Shown here piece by piece: positions 1 through 10,747 of a stretch of DNA of 33,816 bases; positions within the stretch are counted from its first letter, which is position 1, and each line of letters opens with the position of its first letter. The stretch lies in the IMG/VR virus record IMGVR_UViG_2850761752_000005; one strand, written 5' to 3'. The translations under genes and the position numbers were made by a program. Source of the DNA: a virus (lineage: Duplodnaviria > Heunggongvirae > Uroviricota > Caudoviricetes). The notes under the pieces were generated by a model. The model was not told the DNA's origin. It saw only the letters and a program-made list of their open reading frames with translations, and ran no database searches.

Positions 1-258
1 ATGCAAACCGTTATTTTTGGTCGTTCGGGTTGCCCTTACTGTGTGCGTGCAAAAGATCTGGCTGAGAAATTGAGCAATGAACGCGATGATTTTCAGTATC
101 AGTATGTAGATATTCGTGCGGAAGGGATCACTAAAGAAGATCTACAACAAAAGGCAGGTAAACCCGTAGAAACCGTGCCGCAGATTTTTGTCGATCAGCA
201 ACATATCGGCGGCTATACCGATTTTGCTGCATGGGTGAAAGAAAATCTGGACGCCTGA
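1..258 (+). CDS. grxA: glutaredoxin 1
   Basis: 85-aa ORF starting at window position 1; CPYC redox motif; matches recalled E. coli GrxA. Confidence 0.9.
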   Translation: MQTVIFGRSGCPYCVRAKDLAEKLSNERDDFQYQYVDIRAEGITKEDLQQKAGKPVETVPQIFVDQQHIGGYTDFAAWVKENLDA

Positions 259-268
259 TCGTCTGACA

Positions 269-300
269 AGCCCTCGCGTTGAGGGCTTTACTGATTTTTT
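269..300 (+). terminator. Putative intrinsic terminator between convergent grxA and ybjM
   Basis: Seen in sequence: 7-bp GC-rich stem AGCCCTC / GAGGGCT with 5-nt loop, followed by TTACTGATTTTTT. Confidence 0.45.
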
Positions 301-665
301 CTGTGCTGTGGTTTAAACAAACTACTGATAAATAAGAAACACAGTGCCCCCAGCGCACACCAGAACACCGCGCTTAGTAACCATGCCAGCTCTTGCCAGA
401 ATGAGCGCGTCGGTGAAAAAAACAGCCGCATAATGAGCATTGAACAGGGTGCCGCCAGCATTGCGCCAAATAGAGGTTTCAGGACTTCTCTACGCTGTGA
501 AAAGAAACTGGCAACTGCTCCAGGAAGAATGAAAAACAGCAAGCCGATTTCAGGATGCCCGGCAGCCCGAAAAGCGCCTTTCATGTGCGTCGCCAGAAAA
601 AGGCACACCACAATGAAGAGGACAAAACAGCAGATTGCCCCCGCCCAACGTTGTTTATGTTTCAC
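288..665 (-). CDS. ybjM: inner membrane protein YbjM
   Basis: 125-aa hydrophobic ORF; lies between grxA and ybjL as in E. coli K-12 (gene order from memory). Confidence 0.75.
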   Translation of the reverse strand: MKHKQRWAGAICCFVLFIVVCLFLATHMKGAFRAAGHPEIGLLFFILPGAVASFFSQRREVLKPLFGAMLAAPCSMLIMRLFFSPTRSFWQELAWLLSAVFWCALGALCFLFISSLFKPQHRKNQ

Positions 666-934
666 TCGTTCCTCCTGACACTGCGTCTATCGAACACATT
701 TTTCGCCAGTGTGGCGTTCAGTAAGATAAAGCCGCTTCGCATTCCATGCTAATATAGGCCAACGCAATTCATATAGCCGTTGATACCTAATGTGATTACA
801 CTAGTAAAATATATTGTTACTTTACTATCGTTTAGGTGCGCTGAATGAATCTGCGCCCTGAATTCTGGTAAAAAACATTATCGTAAATTACCATTTCTTT
901 CAACAGCTTACTAGTAAACAAGAAGTTAGCCTCC

Positions 935-2620
935 GTGAATATAAACGTCGCCGAATTGTTAAATGGGAATTACATTCTGTTATTATTTGTGGTCCTCGCG
1001 CTTGGGCTATGTCTCGGAAAGTTACGACTTGGTTCGATCCAACTGGGTAATTCCATTGGCGTTTTAGTCGTATCGCTGTTATTAGGCCAACAACATTTCA
1101 GCATTAACACCGATGCGCTTAATCTTGGCTTTATGCTGTTTATTTTCTGCGTCGGGGTCGAAGCCGGACCGAACTTTTTTTCCATTTTTTTTCGCGATGG
1201 GAAAAATTACCTAATGTTAGCACTGGTGATGGTTGGCAGTGCGCTGGTGATCGCCTTAGGGTTAGGTAAGCTGTTTGGCTGGGATATTGGCCTGACGGCC
1301 GGTATGTTAGCAGGCTCTATGACGTCGACACCGGTTCTGGTCGGTGCTGGCGATACACTGCGTCATTCCGGCATGGAAAGCAGGCAGCTCTCACTGGCAC
1401 TGGATAATCTGAGCCTCGGGTATGCCTTAACCTATTTAATCGGTCTGGTGAGTTTGATTGTTGGTGCGCGTTACTTGCCGAAATTGCAGCATCAGGACTT
1501 ACAGACCAGCGCCCAGCAAATCGCCCGCGAACGTGGCCTGGACACTGATGCCAACCGTAAGGTTTATTTACCGGTGATCCGCGCCTATCGCGTCGGCCCG
1601 GAGCTGGTGGCCTGGACCGACGGCAAAAATCTGCGTGAACTGGGTATTTATCGACAAACCGGCTGCTACATTGAACGTATTCGACGTAACGGGATTCTGG
1701 CAAATCCAGACGGTGATGCCGTGCTACAAATGGGCGATGAAATAGCGTTGGTAGGCTATCCCGACGCCCATGCCCGACTCGATCCCAGCTTCCGTAACGG
1801 TAAAGAAGTTTTCGATCGTGACCTTCTCGACATGCGTATCGTCACTGAAGAAGTGGTCGTTAAAAACCATAACGCTGTAGGTAAACGTCTCGCACAACTG
1901 AAGTTGACCGATCACGGTTGCTTCCTTAACCGCGTCATTCGTAGCCAGATTGAGATGCCGATAGATGACAACGTCGTGCTTAACAAAGGTGACGTTTTAC
2001 AAGTCAGCGGTGATGCCCGTCGCGTAAAAACCATCGCCGATCGCATCGGCTTTATCTCGATTCACAGCCAGGTCACTGACCTGCTGGCATTTTGCGCCTT
2101 CTTTGTTATTGGGCTGATGATCGGGATGATCACCTTCCAGTTCAGCACATTCAGTTTCGGCATGGGGAACGCTGCCGGGTTGTTATTCGCCGGAATTATG
2201 CTGGGCTTTATGCGTGCTAACCACCCGACCTTCGGTTACATTCCGCAAGGTGCATTAAGCATGGTGAAAGAGTTCGGCTTGATGGTGTTTATGGCAGGCG
2301 TTGGTCTGAGCGCCGGTAGCGGTATTAATAACGGCCTGGGCGCGATTGGCGGTCAGATGTTGATTGCCGGATTAATTGTCAGTCTTGTGCCCGTGGTTAT
2401 CTGTTTCTTGTTCGGTGCTTATGTATTGCGAATGAACCGCGCACTGTTGTTCGGCGCAATGATGGGCGCACGCACCTGCGCGCCGGCAATGGAGATCATC
2501 AGTGATACAGCTCACAGTAACATCCCTGCGCTGGGCTATGCGGGCACCTACGCAATCGCCAACGTCCTGCTGACGCTGGCAGGGACAATCATCGTCATGG
2601 TATGGCCAGGATTAGGATAA
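935..2620 (+). CDS. ybjL: putative transport protein YbjL (AAE-family membrane transporter)
   Basis: 561-aa ORF with GTG start; hydrophobic N- and C-terminal halves around a soluble central region; matches recalled YbjL length and sequence. Confidence 0.85.
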   Translation: MNINVAELLNGNYILLLFVVLALGLCLGKLRLGSIQLGNSIGVLVVSLLLGQQHFSINTDALNLGFMLFIFCVGVEAGPNFFSIFFRDGKNYLMLALVMVGSALVIALGLGKLFGWDIGLTAGMLAGSMTSTPVLVGAGDTLRHSGMESRQLSLALDNLSLGYALTYLIGLVSLIVGARYLPKLQHQDLQTSAQQIARERGLDTDANRKVYLPVIRAYRVGPELVAWTDGKNLRELGIYRQTGCYIERIRRNGILANPDGDAVLQMGDEIALVGYPDAHARLDPSFRNGKEVFDRDLLDMRIVTEEVVVKNHNAVGKRLAQLKLTDHGCFLNRVIRSQIEMPIDDNVVLNKGDVLQVSGDARRVKTIADRIGFISIHSQVTDLLAFCAFFVIGLMIGMITFQFSTFSFGMGNAAGLLFAGIMLGFMRANHPTFGYIPQGALSMVKEFGLMVFMAGVGLSAGSGINNGLGAIGGQMLIAGLIVSLVPVVICFLFGAYVLRMNRALLFGAMMGARTCAPAMEIISDTAHSNIPALGYAGTYAIANVLLTLAGTIIVMVWPGLG

Positions 2621-2732
2621 AACTGAAGTTGCCCTGAAAATGAAATTTTTTTGCACAACCGCAGAACTTTTCCGCAGGGCATCAGTCTTAATTAGTGCCA
2701 CTGCTTTTCTTTGATGTCCCCATTTTGTGGAG

Positions 2733-2779
2733 CCCATCAACCCCGCCATTTCGGTTCAAGGTTGATGGGTTTTTTGTTG
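2733..2779 (+). terminator. Putative rho-independent terminator downstream of ybjL, at the host/prophage junction
   Basis: Perfect 10-bp inverted repeat CCCATCAACC ... GGTTGATGGG followed by TTTTTTGTTG. Confidence 0.45.
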
Positions 2780-2855
2780 TCTGAAATTTATGCCTTTTAA
2801 AATCATGATGTTAGAAGCACTGTTTTTTAACGATGGCGACAAAATGGCGGCAGCG

Positions 2856-3074
2856 TCAAAGAGAGAGCGCCACCTGTCCTGATTTCATTGGATGCGGCTG
2901 AACCGGATTTGACTCTTTTGGCGTTGCAATCGAACGAACAAAAGTTTCATGGGTAACAAAAGTATGGCTGCAGTTAATGTTCTGGCACTGGTTGTAACGC
3001 TCTTTGGTCAATGAAGATACCTGAAAACTGCTGCGAGTATGGGCGGCACTTCCACACAGTGGGCAAATCATCAT
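2856..3074 (-). CDS. ogr: P2 Ogr-type zinc-finger late transcription activator
   Basis: 72 aa from ATG at 3074 (the ORF track extends to a GTG at 3107); CPLCG...CQNINC cysteine pattern and overall similarity to recalled P2 Ogr. Confidence 0.85.
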   Translation of the reverse strand: MMICPLCGSAAHTRSSFQVSSLTKERYNQCQNINCSHTFVTHETFVRSIATPKESNPVQPHPMKSGQVALSL

Positions 3075-3164
3075 TTTTCGAGTTCTCCCCATTTTTGCTA
3101 AATTCACAATAATGATACCGCATTATTCCATTTTGCAAACTTAAAAGTTCTCCATTGCGAAGAA

Positions 3165-4265
3165 TCATTCCATTTCGAAATCATCAATCCTCACTTCAAG
3201 CTCCAGACTGGTCGTAAAACCGTTATCCGGGCTGACAGTATGCGTCAGAGTCGTAATGGTCCATTCCGCATCATCTAGCGGCTGTTTAAAGCCACTGACC
3301 TTCACAGGCATTTCTGTGTAGAGATCTGCCCGCCCTTCCGCCAGTTGTAGCGAGAATGATGCAACGCCGCGTTGCAGGCGTTCCCACTGCATTTTCGCTG
3401 CCCGTTCGGCGTTGCTCCGGTTGGCATAAGTGCGATTAAGTACCAGCACGTTTTCATCCGTACCCACCAGGTAATCGCCCTGCTTCGCTTCCGGCTCTTT
3501 CTTCTGCTTCTTAGTCCTGCGCTTACGCTTCACCGTGGTGCTTTCTTTCTTCGCGGGTTCGCGGGTATGCAACCAGCTGGCAATGACGCCCGTGTAAGCT
3601 CCGCGATCTGCCAGGGTAAAGCGGTGACTGTCGCCGTCCTTGCGTGTGATAGTGATCACCGGTAGTGGTTTACCGCTGGCGCTTTTACCCTGCCCCTGCC
3701 GGATGAATAACAGATTGCCATTTTTCACCGACGCAATAGCACCGTACTGGCGCGCCAGCCGCATCAAAAAACTGCCGTCACTCTCATTAGTCTGGTCTAT
3801 ATGCTCCACGAGTTTATCCGACAAGTCTTCACCCAATGCCATCTTCAGTTTGTGCCGCGCAGCTATTTCCTTCACCACTTCCCCAACGGTGGTCTTGTGC
3901 CACGACTTTTCACGGCGGGTATTCAGCGTTTCACGAAAATCAGCACTTCGCGCCCGGATAGTCAGGCGATCCGGTGCGCCAGTGTGTTCAATCTCGTCCA
4001 CCGTGAATGCCCCTTTCGGGAAAAGCGGCTGTCCCTTCCAGCCCAGCGCCAGCGTAATGACAGCCCCACGGCGCGGCAGCACGATTTTTCCATCGGCGTC
4101 GTCCAGCTCCAGATCAAGCTGGTCCGCTTCAAAGCCCCGGTTATCCGTCAGCGTCAGCCCCATCAGGCGGTTGTCCAGCACAGTGGTGATATCCCTGCCT
4201 TCAATACTGATGCTGAATGCCGGAGTTTTGTTGCCTTTGTTAAGCAGTTCAGAGCTGAAATTCAC
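3165..4265 (-). CDS. D: P2 gpD-like tail protein (late control D)
   Basis: 366-aa ORF; GTG start overlaps the U stop (GTGA); position after U and before ogr as in P2. Confidence 0.8.
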   Translation of the reverse strand: MNFSSELLNKGNKTPAFSISIEGRDITTVLDNRLMGLTLTDNRGFEADQLDLELDDADGKIVLPRRGAVITLALGWKGQPLFPKGAFTVDEIEHTGAPDRLTIRARSADFRETLNTRREKSWHKTTVGEVVKEIAARHKLKMALGEDLSDKLVEHIDQTNESDGSFLMRLARQYGAIASVKNGNLLFIRQGQGKSASGKPLPVITITRKDGDSHRFTLADRGAYTGVIASWLHTREPAKKESTTVKRKRRTKKQKKEPEAKQGDYLVGTDENVLVLNRTYANRSNAERAAKMQWERLQRGVASFSLQLAEGRADLYTEMPVKVSGFKQPLDDAEWTITTLTHTVSPDNGFTTSLELEVRIDDFEME

Positions 4266-4747
4266 GACAGCAGCCCTCCCACCGTTTTACTGATATCGCT
4301 TAAGGCAGATGTTGCCGTTCCCTGCAGATTATTCAGTTGCGCACTGAGATCACCGAACATATCGGACAGGGATTCATCCACGCGTTTTAGCGACAGGGTG
4401 AACTCAATCCGGCGCGGCATACCGTCGCGGAAAAACTCCGTTTTAGTCTGATTCAGTCCCTCAATCACATACATGCCGTAAATCGTGCCGCTGCCTTCAA
4501 TCAGGGGCCATGCTTTTCCCTGTTCTGCCATCTGCTCCAGAGCCAGCAACGACAGCCTGCCGCCCGTTACCTCCGGCATAAGAACACCAGAAAGCGTCAG
4601 CATGTCGTTGTCCGGTCCCAGAAACTGCGTTGACGGGCGTCGGTTTACCCGGCTGTTTGCCGCATGTCGCCAGCTGCGTTGATACTGCAGCTCCTGATAC
4701 GGCACGGTGCGCAGCATAAACACGTACAATCCCAGCACCATCATCAT
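4262..4747 (-). CDS. U: P2 gpU-like tail protein
   Basis: 161-aa ORF, similar in size to P2 U (159 aa); ATG overlaps the T stop. Confidence 0.8.
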   Translation of the reverse strand: MMMVLGLYVFMLRTVPYQELQYQRSWRHAANSRVNRRPSTQFLGPDNDMLTLSGVLMPEVTGGRLSLLALEQMAEQGKAWPLIEGSGTIYGMYVIEGLNQTKTEFFRDGMPRRIEFTLSLKRVDESLSDMFGDLSAQLNNLQGTATSALSDISKTVGGLLS

Positions 4748-7700
4748 GCGTCGTATCCCCCCTGATCGCTGTAGTTACTCCTGGCTTTTGCCTTCAGCCT
4801 GCGTTCACGTTCATCAAGCTGGCGGGCCACCTCCCGCGCAATATCCTGCGCACTTTGTCCTGGCTGCGTTTGAATGATGATCTGCATCGGTGCCTCAATC
4901 CGTTGAACGGGCGGCACAGTGGCTGCACGACTCACCATCGCTTCACCGCCTTTCGCGGGAAGTGCCAAAGGGTGCAACGGTGGAAGCTCTGCTGGCGTAG
5001 CAGCAACACCCATCATTCCGGCAACAACGGCAGCCAGTGCAGCTGTATTTCTCCGGCTGGTCACATTTGCCGGGCCGTTAACAATTTCCGGCCCGTTTTC
5101 ACCGACGATGCCAAACTGCCCGCGCGGGATATACCCGCCGCTGTCATACATCCCCGCAAAGCCATATCCCCATGACGGAAAACCACCCGATGGCATCATC
5201 ACTTTACCGTCTGCATTCACCGTCGCAGGTTGCTGACGCGTCACGCTTTCCGGCAGTTTCGCCTTTGCGGCCTCTTTACTGACAATGCCAAGTTTCTCCA
5301 GCAACCAGGAAACGCCGGATTTCAGGGAGTCCAGCGGATGCATGACCATATTCAGCCCTTCCGCCAGAGCCTCCCCGAATCGTCGCCCCATTGCCGCTGC
5401 ACTCTGCAGTTCGGCAGAGGTCGACTTAACGGGCGTCAGCAGATCAGTAAACCAGCCCCACAGCGCCTGTACTTTGTCGCCAATCCACTGGAACACAGGC
5501 TTAAGCGGTTCGAACGCGGCACTGACAGGACCTGCCGCCGCTTTGAATCCTTCCACCACGCCACCGAGAAATGCGGTGATGGGCTGCCAGTATTTCCAGA
5601 CAACCAGCGCCACACCCGCCAGTGCAGTAACCACAAGACCTATCAGACTGAGCAGAGCACCTAACAGACCAGAGACGGCATACAGGGCAACGCGCAGCAT
5701 CGCCAGTGGACCGGATGCGAGCATACGCAGCACCGTGCCTGTGGCAGCCAGTCCGCCGCGTAGTACCGCCAGTGGATTCATAAACATCACAGCAACCGCA
5801 CGTAAACCGGATAATCCAGACCGCAAAAGTGCAACCGGCGCACCTGCTACAGTTTTCAGGACATTTCCCGTCAGTGATGCCGTGCGGCGCAAAGACGACA
5901 ACGGCGCAGTAAGTAAACCTGCAGCGTTGCCCGATGAAGCAAGCCCGCGTCGCAGCAGTGCCAGTGGTGCGCCAGCCAGCCAGGACAACGCGTTGCTGGT
6001 TCGGGTTACTGTTGCCGTAACGGAAGGTAACGTTTTGATACCCAGCACAGAGAATCCCAGACGGATGACTGCCAGCGGCCCCAGCACTGCAGCCAGCGCC
6101 ACCGCTAAGGTGCCGAGGCCCACGGTAACGGCAGCTACCACAGCGGCTACTTTCATCAGAGTGCCCGTCAGTTCCGGGTTAGCTTCCACCCAGCGACGCA
6201 ACGCCCCCGTGACGCTTTTCACCGTGTACAGAATATCCATCAGCGGCTGGCGCAGCGTTTCCCCCAGGCTGCTGAAGGTGTTCTGTGCTCCGGTTTTGAC
6301 CAGCAACCACTGAGCAGAAAGTGAATCCTTGTTGATGTCGGATTCTTTCTGCATGGAACCGAGCGCATCATTGCCCGCAGTCAGTTTTAACTGGCGCTGA
6401 AGTTCCGGCAGGTTGTTTGCCAGTTTCGCTGCGTCATCGCCAAACTCTTTACCAAACAACATGGTCATGGCAGACAGGCGCTTATCCTGTGGCAGCGCAT
6501 TCACCTTCTCCAGCACCCGCTGGATAGTTCCCATCGCATCCTTCGTCATCTGCTTTTCAATCACTTCTGGATTGAGTTTCAGCAGATTCATCCCTTCAAA
6601 GAAACTCTTGCTTTGCATGGTGGCAATGGACAATTCACGCACCATCGCGTTTGCTGCACTGGCTGCAACCTCAGGCGCAGCGCCGAGTGTCAGGAAGGTG
6701 GAACCCAGCGCCGCCGCTTTACGATAATCCAGACGGTCAGCCACACCGCCCAGGCGTTGCATGACATCAATGATGTCCGCCCCTTTCGACATGGCGTTAT
6801 CATCCAGATAGTTCAGCGCATCACCGAGCTGCTCAATATTGCGGGTAGGGATTTTGTAGAGCTGGGCGATTTTCCCCAGACTTTCTGACAGTTCATCCGC
6901 TGGCAGTTCAAAGGCTGTTGCCGCCTTTGCCGCCGTGCTGGCGAAGGCCAGCAGGTCACGTTTCTGGTCTTCCCAGCTGTCGTCAGGGTTTGCGACGTTC
7001 ATGCGCGCACCACCTTCAACCAGTGCGGCGAAGTCCACAGCACCGTTTTCCATCGGCAACTGTTCGCTGGCAGCCTTGATGGCACCCTGCATTTCGTAAA
7101 AACGCGCAGTGCGGTTGCCATTATCGTCACGCAGACCATTGACCTGCTTTGCCACACCTTTCATGGCATCTTCCATGCTGGTATAGCTTTTTACTGCCGC
7201 CATCACTGGTGCGCCCATTGCCAGCCCTGCAGCCGTGGTGGTGGCTCCGGCACCTGCAATACGATCCCTTACCTCAAGACGCCTGGCGTAAGCCCCCGGG
7301 CGGCGTGCATTTTTCGCTGTTGCTCCCCGACACGTCGTAACCTCGCTTCCTGCTCAGAAAGCTGCCTGTTATAACGCATCGTTTCACGGGTAATGCGGGC
7401 CGTCGCACTGGCGCCATCATTAGCTGAAATACCAGCACGATAAAGTTCTGCACGCACAAGCGCCGTCTGCTGCTGCAGCTTTTTCTGGCGTTCTTCTAGG
7501 CGCTGAACAGCCAGCCGTTGACGGCCCAGAGCAACAACCTGACGTTGCGAAGGCGGCCCCATCGCTCCCAGTTCCTGACTGAGCAAATTTGCACGCTGGC
7601 GGGCATAGTTCAGCCTGTCGCCTAATTTCTGATTTTCTGCCTGCAGCTTTCGGAAGCTGTCCAGACTGCTCCCGGCCTGATCAAGCTGCTTTATTGCATC

Positions 7701-7820
7701 GCGGGATTTTTTGACAGCAGCAGCCAGTTCTCTTGAACTGGCCTGCGCGGATCGAAATGGGCGGGTGAGTTTGTCAACCGCATTAAGAATCACCTGCAGA
7801 CGCAGGTTATTGTCACTCAT
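4744..7820 (-). CDS. T: tail tape measure protein (gpT-like), interrupted by an apparent single-base frameshift
   Basis: Two ORFs: 7269..7820 (183 aa, coiled-coil-rich; its ATG overlaps the E' stop) and 4744..7218 (824 aa, Gly/Ala/Leu-rich repeats). Their frames differ by one and both are open across about 7269..7355. One extra base in the C5/G run at 7293..7301 would fuse them into about 1025 aa. Confidence 0.7.
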
Positions 7821-8249
7821 GGCTGGCCCCGCTTCTCTGAATCGCTTTATCCCGCCATTCCAGCACTTCGGTCAGCGGCATAACGTCAGTAACGGATGGC
7901 GGCCAGTGAAAGATGGTGGCGATATCAGCCACCAGATCGTCAACCGTCAGGCTGTCGGTAAACCGGCAAGCACCGACTTCTTCAACAAAAAAGTGACAAC
8001 CTCAACCGACATGGCAGTGAGATCTGCCGGGTCCATCTCTGCAATTTCCTGTGCAGTCAGTGCCGGACTGGAGATGCGGGGGATCACGGTCATCATCGCG
8101 TTCACATCCATATCCATAATGGCCTGCAGGCGTGTGCCGCGCAGCGCACCGGACTGCGGTTTACGCAACACAATTTCGGTAATTTCTGTTTTACCGCGCA
8201 TGATGGGAGTATCCAGTTGAATGGTCTTTTCAGTCTGCTTATCGCTCAT
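7813..8249 (-). CDS. E+E' extended chaperone made by programmed -1 frameshift
   Basis: Minus-strand heptamer T TTT TTG (plus 7986..7992) near the E 3' end; the -1 frame stays open for about 59 codons to a TGA at 7813..7815 that overlaps the T start. Predicted length of about 146 aa is close to P2 E+E' (142 aa). Confidence 0.6.
7947..8249 (-). CDS. E: tail assembly chaperone gpE-like
   Basis: 100-aa ORF between FII and T; ends just after a T TTT TTG slippery heptamer. Confidence 0.75.
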   Translation of the reverse strand: MSDKQTEKTIQLDTPIMRGKTEITEIVLRKPQSGALRGTRLQAIMDMDVNAMMTVIPRISSPALTAQEIAEMDPADLTAMSVEVVTFLLKKSVLAGLPTA

Positions 8250-8303
8250 TTTGTTGTCCTGTAAATTAGGTTCTGGCGCGGCATTCCGCGCCGTTCAGAT
8301 ACA

Positions 8304-8819
8304 TCAGAGGCCGAGGGCGTTGCGGTGCGCTTCCATCAGGTCCACACCGTCCACAATTTCCACCATGTTGATCAGGTCCACTTCATAGAGCACCTCACCA
8401 TTGATGGTCAGCTTCGCGTAGCTGTTGGTACTGGTCACTTTGGTAGTGTTGCTTTCGCCCGTCTTCCACTCGCCGGAATCTACTTCTTTGTGACGTCCAC
8501 GCACCACAAGCTCCACGGCCTGCACTTCCCCGGTATCATCACGCTGAATAGAGCCGGTAAAGCGCAGCTGGATGCCATCCACCGTGGCTTTGCCCATCTG
8601 CTTAAACAGCAGCAGTTCAGTACCACCAATGGAAAATTCTGTATCCAGTGCACTGTCATCCAGTCCCAGATCCACATCCACCGCTCCGGGCATACCGCCG
8701 CCGCGATACTTCTCATATTTGCGGGTGAATTTCGGCAGCGTCAGCGACTCAACGATCCCCTGCCAGTTGTTCCCGTCGTTAAACAGGTTCAGGTGTTTTA
8801 ATTTGCGTGGTAAAGCCAT
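8304..8819 (-). CDS. FII: tail tube protein gpFII-like
   Basis: 171-aa ORF (P2 FII is 172 aa); follows the sheath gene. Confidence 0.85.
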   Translation of the reverse strand: MALPRKLKHLNLFNDGNNWQGIVESLTLPKFTRKYEKYRGGGMPGAVDVDLGLDDSALDTEFSIGGTELLLFKQMGKATVDGIQLRFTGSIQRDDTGEVQAVELVVRGRHKEVDSGEWKTGESNTTKVTSTNSYAKLTINGEVLYEVDLINMVEIVDGVDLMEAHRNALGL

Positions 8820-8828
8820 GTTGTCCCC

Positions 8829-10001
8829 TTACGCGCTGACCTGGCTGGAGAAATTCACCAGGTACTGATCGGTGATGCGCTGACGCAGCATCAGGTTTTC
8901 AAGTGGCGGCACTGGCGTGTAGTCGTAATCGATGGTGAGTTTCCCGGCTTTCAGCGTGTCTTTATCGTTCACCGACTCGTCCAGCCAGCAATCACCACCA
9001 ATGAGATAGCCCTGACTGACCAGGCTACGCATTTTGGCGCGGATACCTTCGATAATGTCGCGGGCCAGCGACGGGTTCAGCGGTTTGTCCACCGCCCACA
9101 TGTGCGCTTCTGCCATCGTGTCCATCAGCACCTGCGCCGTGCGGGTGTAGTTTTCGAAGGCAAAGAGCGGATCATCGCTCAGACAGCGGGAACCCCAGAA
9201 GCGGAAACCGTCTTTGCGGATAAGCGTGGTGATATCGTTCTGGTTAAGCAGACCTGCATCGGTTGCCGGGTCCTGCAGATCCCAGAACACATCAGCAGAA
9301 ATTCCGGTGACACCGTTCACGCCCACGTTGGACAGGCTTTTGTGCCATCCGGTCTGCTCATCAATTTTAGCGCGCAGACCGAGCGCACGGGCGGTGGCAT
9401 AAGCCGTTGCTTCGGCATTCAGCACCGTGTCCCAGCCAGTAAAGTCGGGCCAGATCAGCATTCCTTCACGCTGACTGAAGTTTTCACGGTAAGTGATTGC
9501 TTCCTGCACCGTCTTGCAACCATACGCTGACAGGTAAGCAAATCCACGCAGGCTTTGCGCCACGCTCAGCAACTCAGTAGCTACCGCCTTCGTGTCGTGA
9601 CCTGGCACGCCGAGAATGCGCGGTTTAACGCCGAGCTGTGACTGGGCAGATAACAGGGCTTTCATACCTGTTTTTTTACCCTCGGCGGTCACTGCGCCAA
9701 TGATATTGGTTGTGGTTTCTTCTTCCGTTTCACCCTGCGGCACACGCACAACAACGGTCACGGGTTTTGCCTGGTCAGCGATGGCATCCAGCGAACGGGC
9801 CAGCGTGCCAGACTCACCCGCTTTACCGCTGGCGGTCAGCACATCAGTGATCAGCACAGGTTTATTAAGAGGAAACATTTTTGCATCGGCATCATCGCCC
9901 GTGCAGACCATACCCACGATGGCGGTGCTCACCGTGGTAATGGATCGGGTGCCTTCGTTGACTTCAACAACGCGCACCCCGTGGTGGTAATCCTGAGCCA
10001 T
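8829..10001 (-). CDS. FI: contractile tail sheath protein gpFI-like
   Basis: 390-aa ORF (P2 FI is 396 aa); first gene of the FI-FII-E-T-U-D operon. Confidence 0.85.
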   Translation of the reverse strand: MAQDYHHGVRVVEVNEGTRSITTVSTAIVGMVCTGDDADAKMFPLNKPVLITDVLTASGKAGESGTLARSLDAIADQAKPVTVVVRVPQGETEEETTTNIIGAVTAEGKKTGMKALLSAQSQLGVKPRILGVPGHDTKAVATELLSVAQSLRGFAYLSAYGCKTVQEAITYRENFSQREGMLIWPDFTGWDTVLNAEATAYATARALGLRAKIDEQTGWHKSLSNVGVNGVTGISADVFWDLQDPATDAGLLNQNDITTLIRKDGFRFWGSRCLSDDPLFAFENYTRTAQVLMDTMAEAHMWAVDKPLNPSLARDIIEGIRAKMRSLVSQGYLIGGDCWLDESVNDKDTLKAGKLTIDYDYTPVPPLENLMLRQRITDQYLVNFSSQVSA

Positions 10002-10077
10002 AGTGGCGAACCTCCTGATTGGATTAGGCTTCGCCCTATGTTGAAGTGATTGTGCCTGACAAACAGCTAAGCGCAGT

Positions 10078-10095
10078 TGTGTCGTTATTCACACA
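10078..10095 (-). promoter_or_regulatory. Candidate Ogr-dependent late promoter element (TGT-N12-ACA) for the FI operon
   Basis: TGTGTCGTTATTCACACA, centred about 85 nt upstream of the FI ATG, as expected for a -55 activator site plus leader. Confidence 0.4.
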
Positions 10096-10143
10096 AAATG
10101 ACGGTATTTGTCCGCTTACAGGAAAAATCAAAATAATACTGAC

Positions 10144-10710
10144 TCAGGGCGATTCATTGCTCTCATTCGCCGGAAATTTTCTATAAATGGTAGAAACGCC
10201 CACATCAAAAATCAGTGCAATACGCTGTCTTGATTCTCCGGCCTCGAGTAAACGTCCAATCTGTGCCCACTGTTCGGTGGTCAACTTAGGACGGCGTCCA
10301 CCTACTCTGCCTTTGGCACGAGCTGCAGCCAGCCCTGCTCTGGTACGTTCAACTATCAGTTCACGTTCCATTTCAGCCAGAGCCCCCATGACGTGAAAAA
10401 AGAAACGGCCCATTGGGGTACTGGTATCAATACTGTCAGTCAGGCTTCGGAAATTCACACCACGCTGGCGCAACTCTTCTATCAGCGTAACAAGATGCCG
10501 CATACTGCGTCCCAGTCTGTCCAGCTTCCAGACAACCAGCGTGTCTCCTGCCGATAGTGTCCTGAGCAGTTTTTTAAGCCCCGGTCTGTCGGGCTTAGTG
10601 CCACTGATTTTATCCTCAAAAATCCGCTCACATCCCGCGCAGTTCAGTGCATTACGTTGCAAATCGGTGTTCTGGTCATTTGTTGACACGCGTACATAGC
10701 CAATAAGCAT
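10144..10710 (-). CDS. serine DNA invertase (Hin/Gin/Pin/Cin family)
   Basis: 188 aa from ATG at 10710; GYVRVSTNDQ catalytic-serine motif at the N-terminus and a C-terminal HTH; the ORF track extends upstream of this start. Confidence 0.85.
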   Translation of the reverse strand: MLIGYVRVSTNDQNTDLQRNALNCAGCERIFEDKISGTKPDRPGLKKLLRTLSAGDTLVVWKLDRLGRSMRHLVTLIEELRQRGVNFRSLTDSIDTSTPMGRFFFHVMGALAEMERELIVERTRAGLAAARAKGRVGGRRPKLTTEQWAQIGRLLEAGESRQRIALIFDVGVSTIYRKFPANESNESP

Positions 10711-10721
10711 GATCAATCCCC

Positions 10722-10747
10722 TGAATAAAAACCGGGGATGATGCCAG
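10722..10747. other. Candidate hix/gix-like inversion crossover site
   Basis: Half-site TGAATAAAAACC resembles the TTATCAAAAACC consensus; lies 12 bp from the invertase start, exactly where the tail-fibre segment reading frame opens (10729). Confidence 0.4.

Noticed and set aside
780-920. Repeated ACTAGTAAA motif (about 782 and 911) upstream of ybjL as a regulator site
   Set aside because: Only two short AT-rich copies; cannot be told apart from chance in an AT-rich promoter region.
2974-3168. 64-aa ORF upstream of and overlapping ogr
   Set aside because: Overlaps the ogr start region in another frame with no support; ogr is identified by its zinc-finger motif.
3372-4451. Plus-strand ORFs of 97, 217 and 216 aa overlapping gene D
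   Set aside because: They lie antisense to a well-supported tail gene, lack ribosome-binding sites and have odd composition; treated as frame artefacts of GC-rich DNA. The same applies to antisense ORFs inside ybjL, T, FI, N, O, P and A.
7269-7820. The 183-aa ORF as an independent gene between E' and T
   Set aside because: Its ATG overlaps the E' stop exactly where T starts in P2, its sequence is coiled-coil-rich like tape measure N-termini, and its frame overlaps the downstream T frame with a homopolymer run at the junction. Kept as an alternative only.
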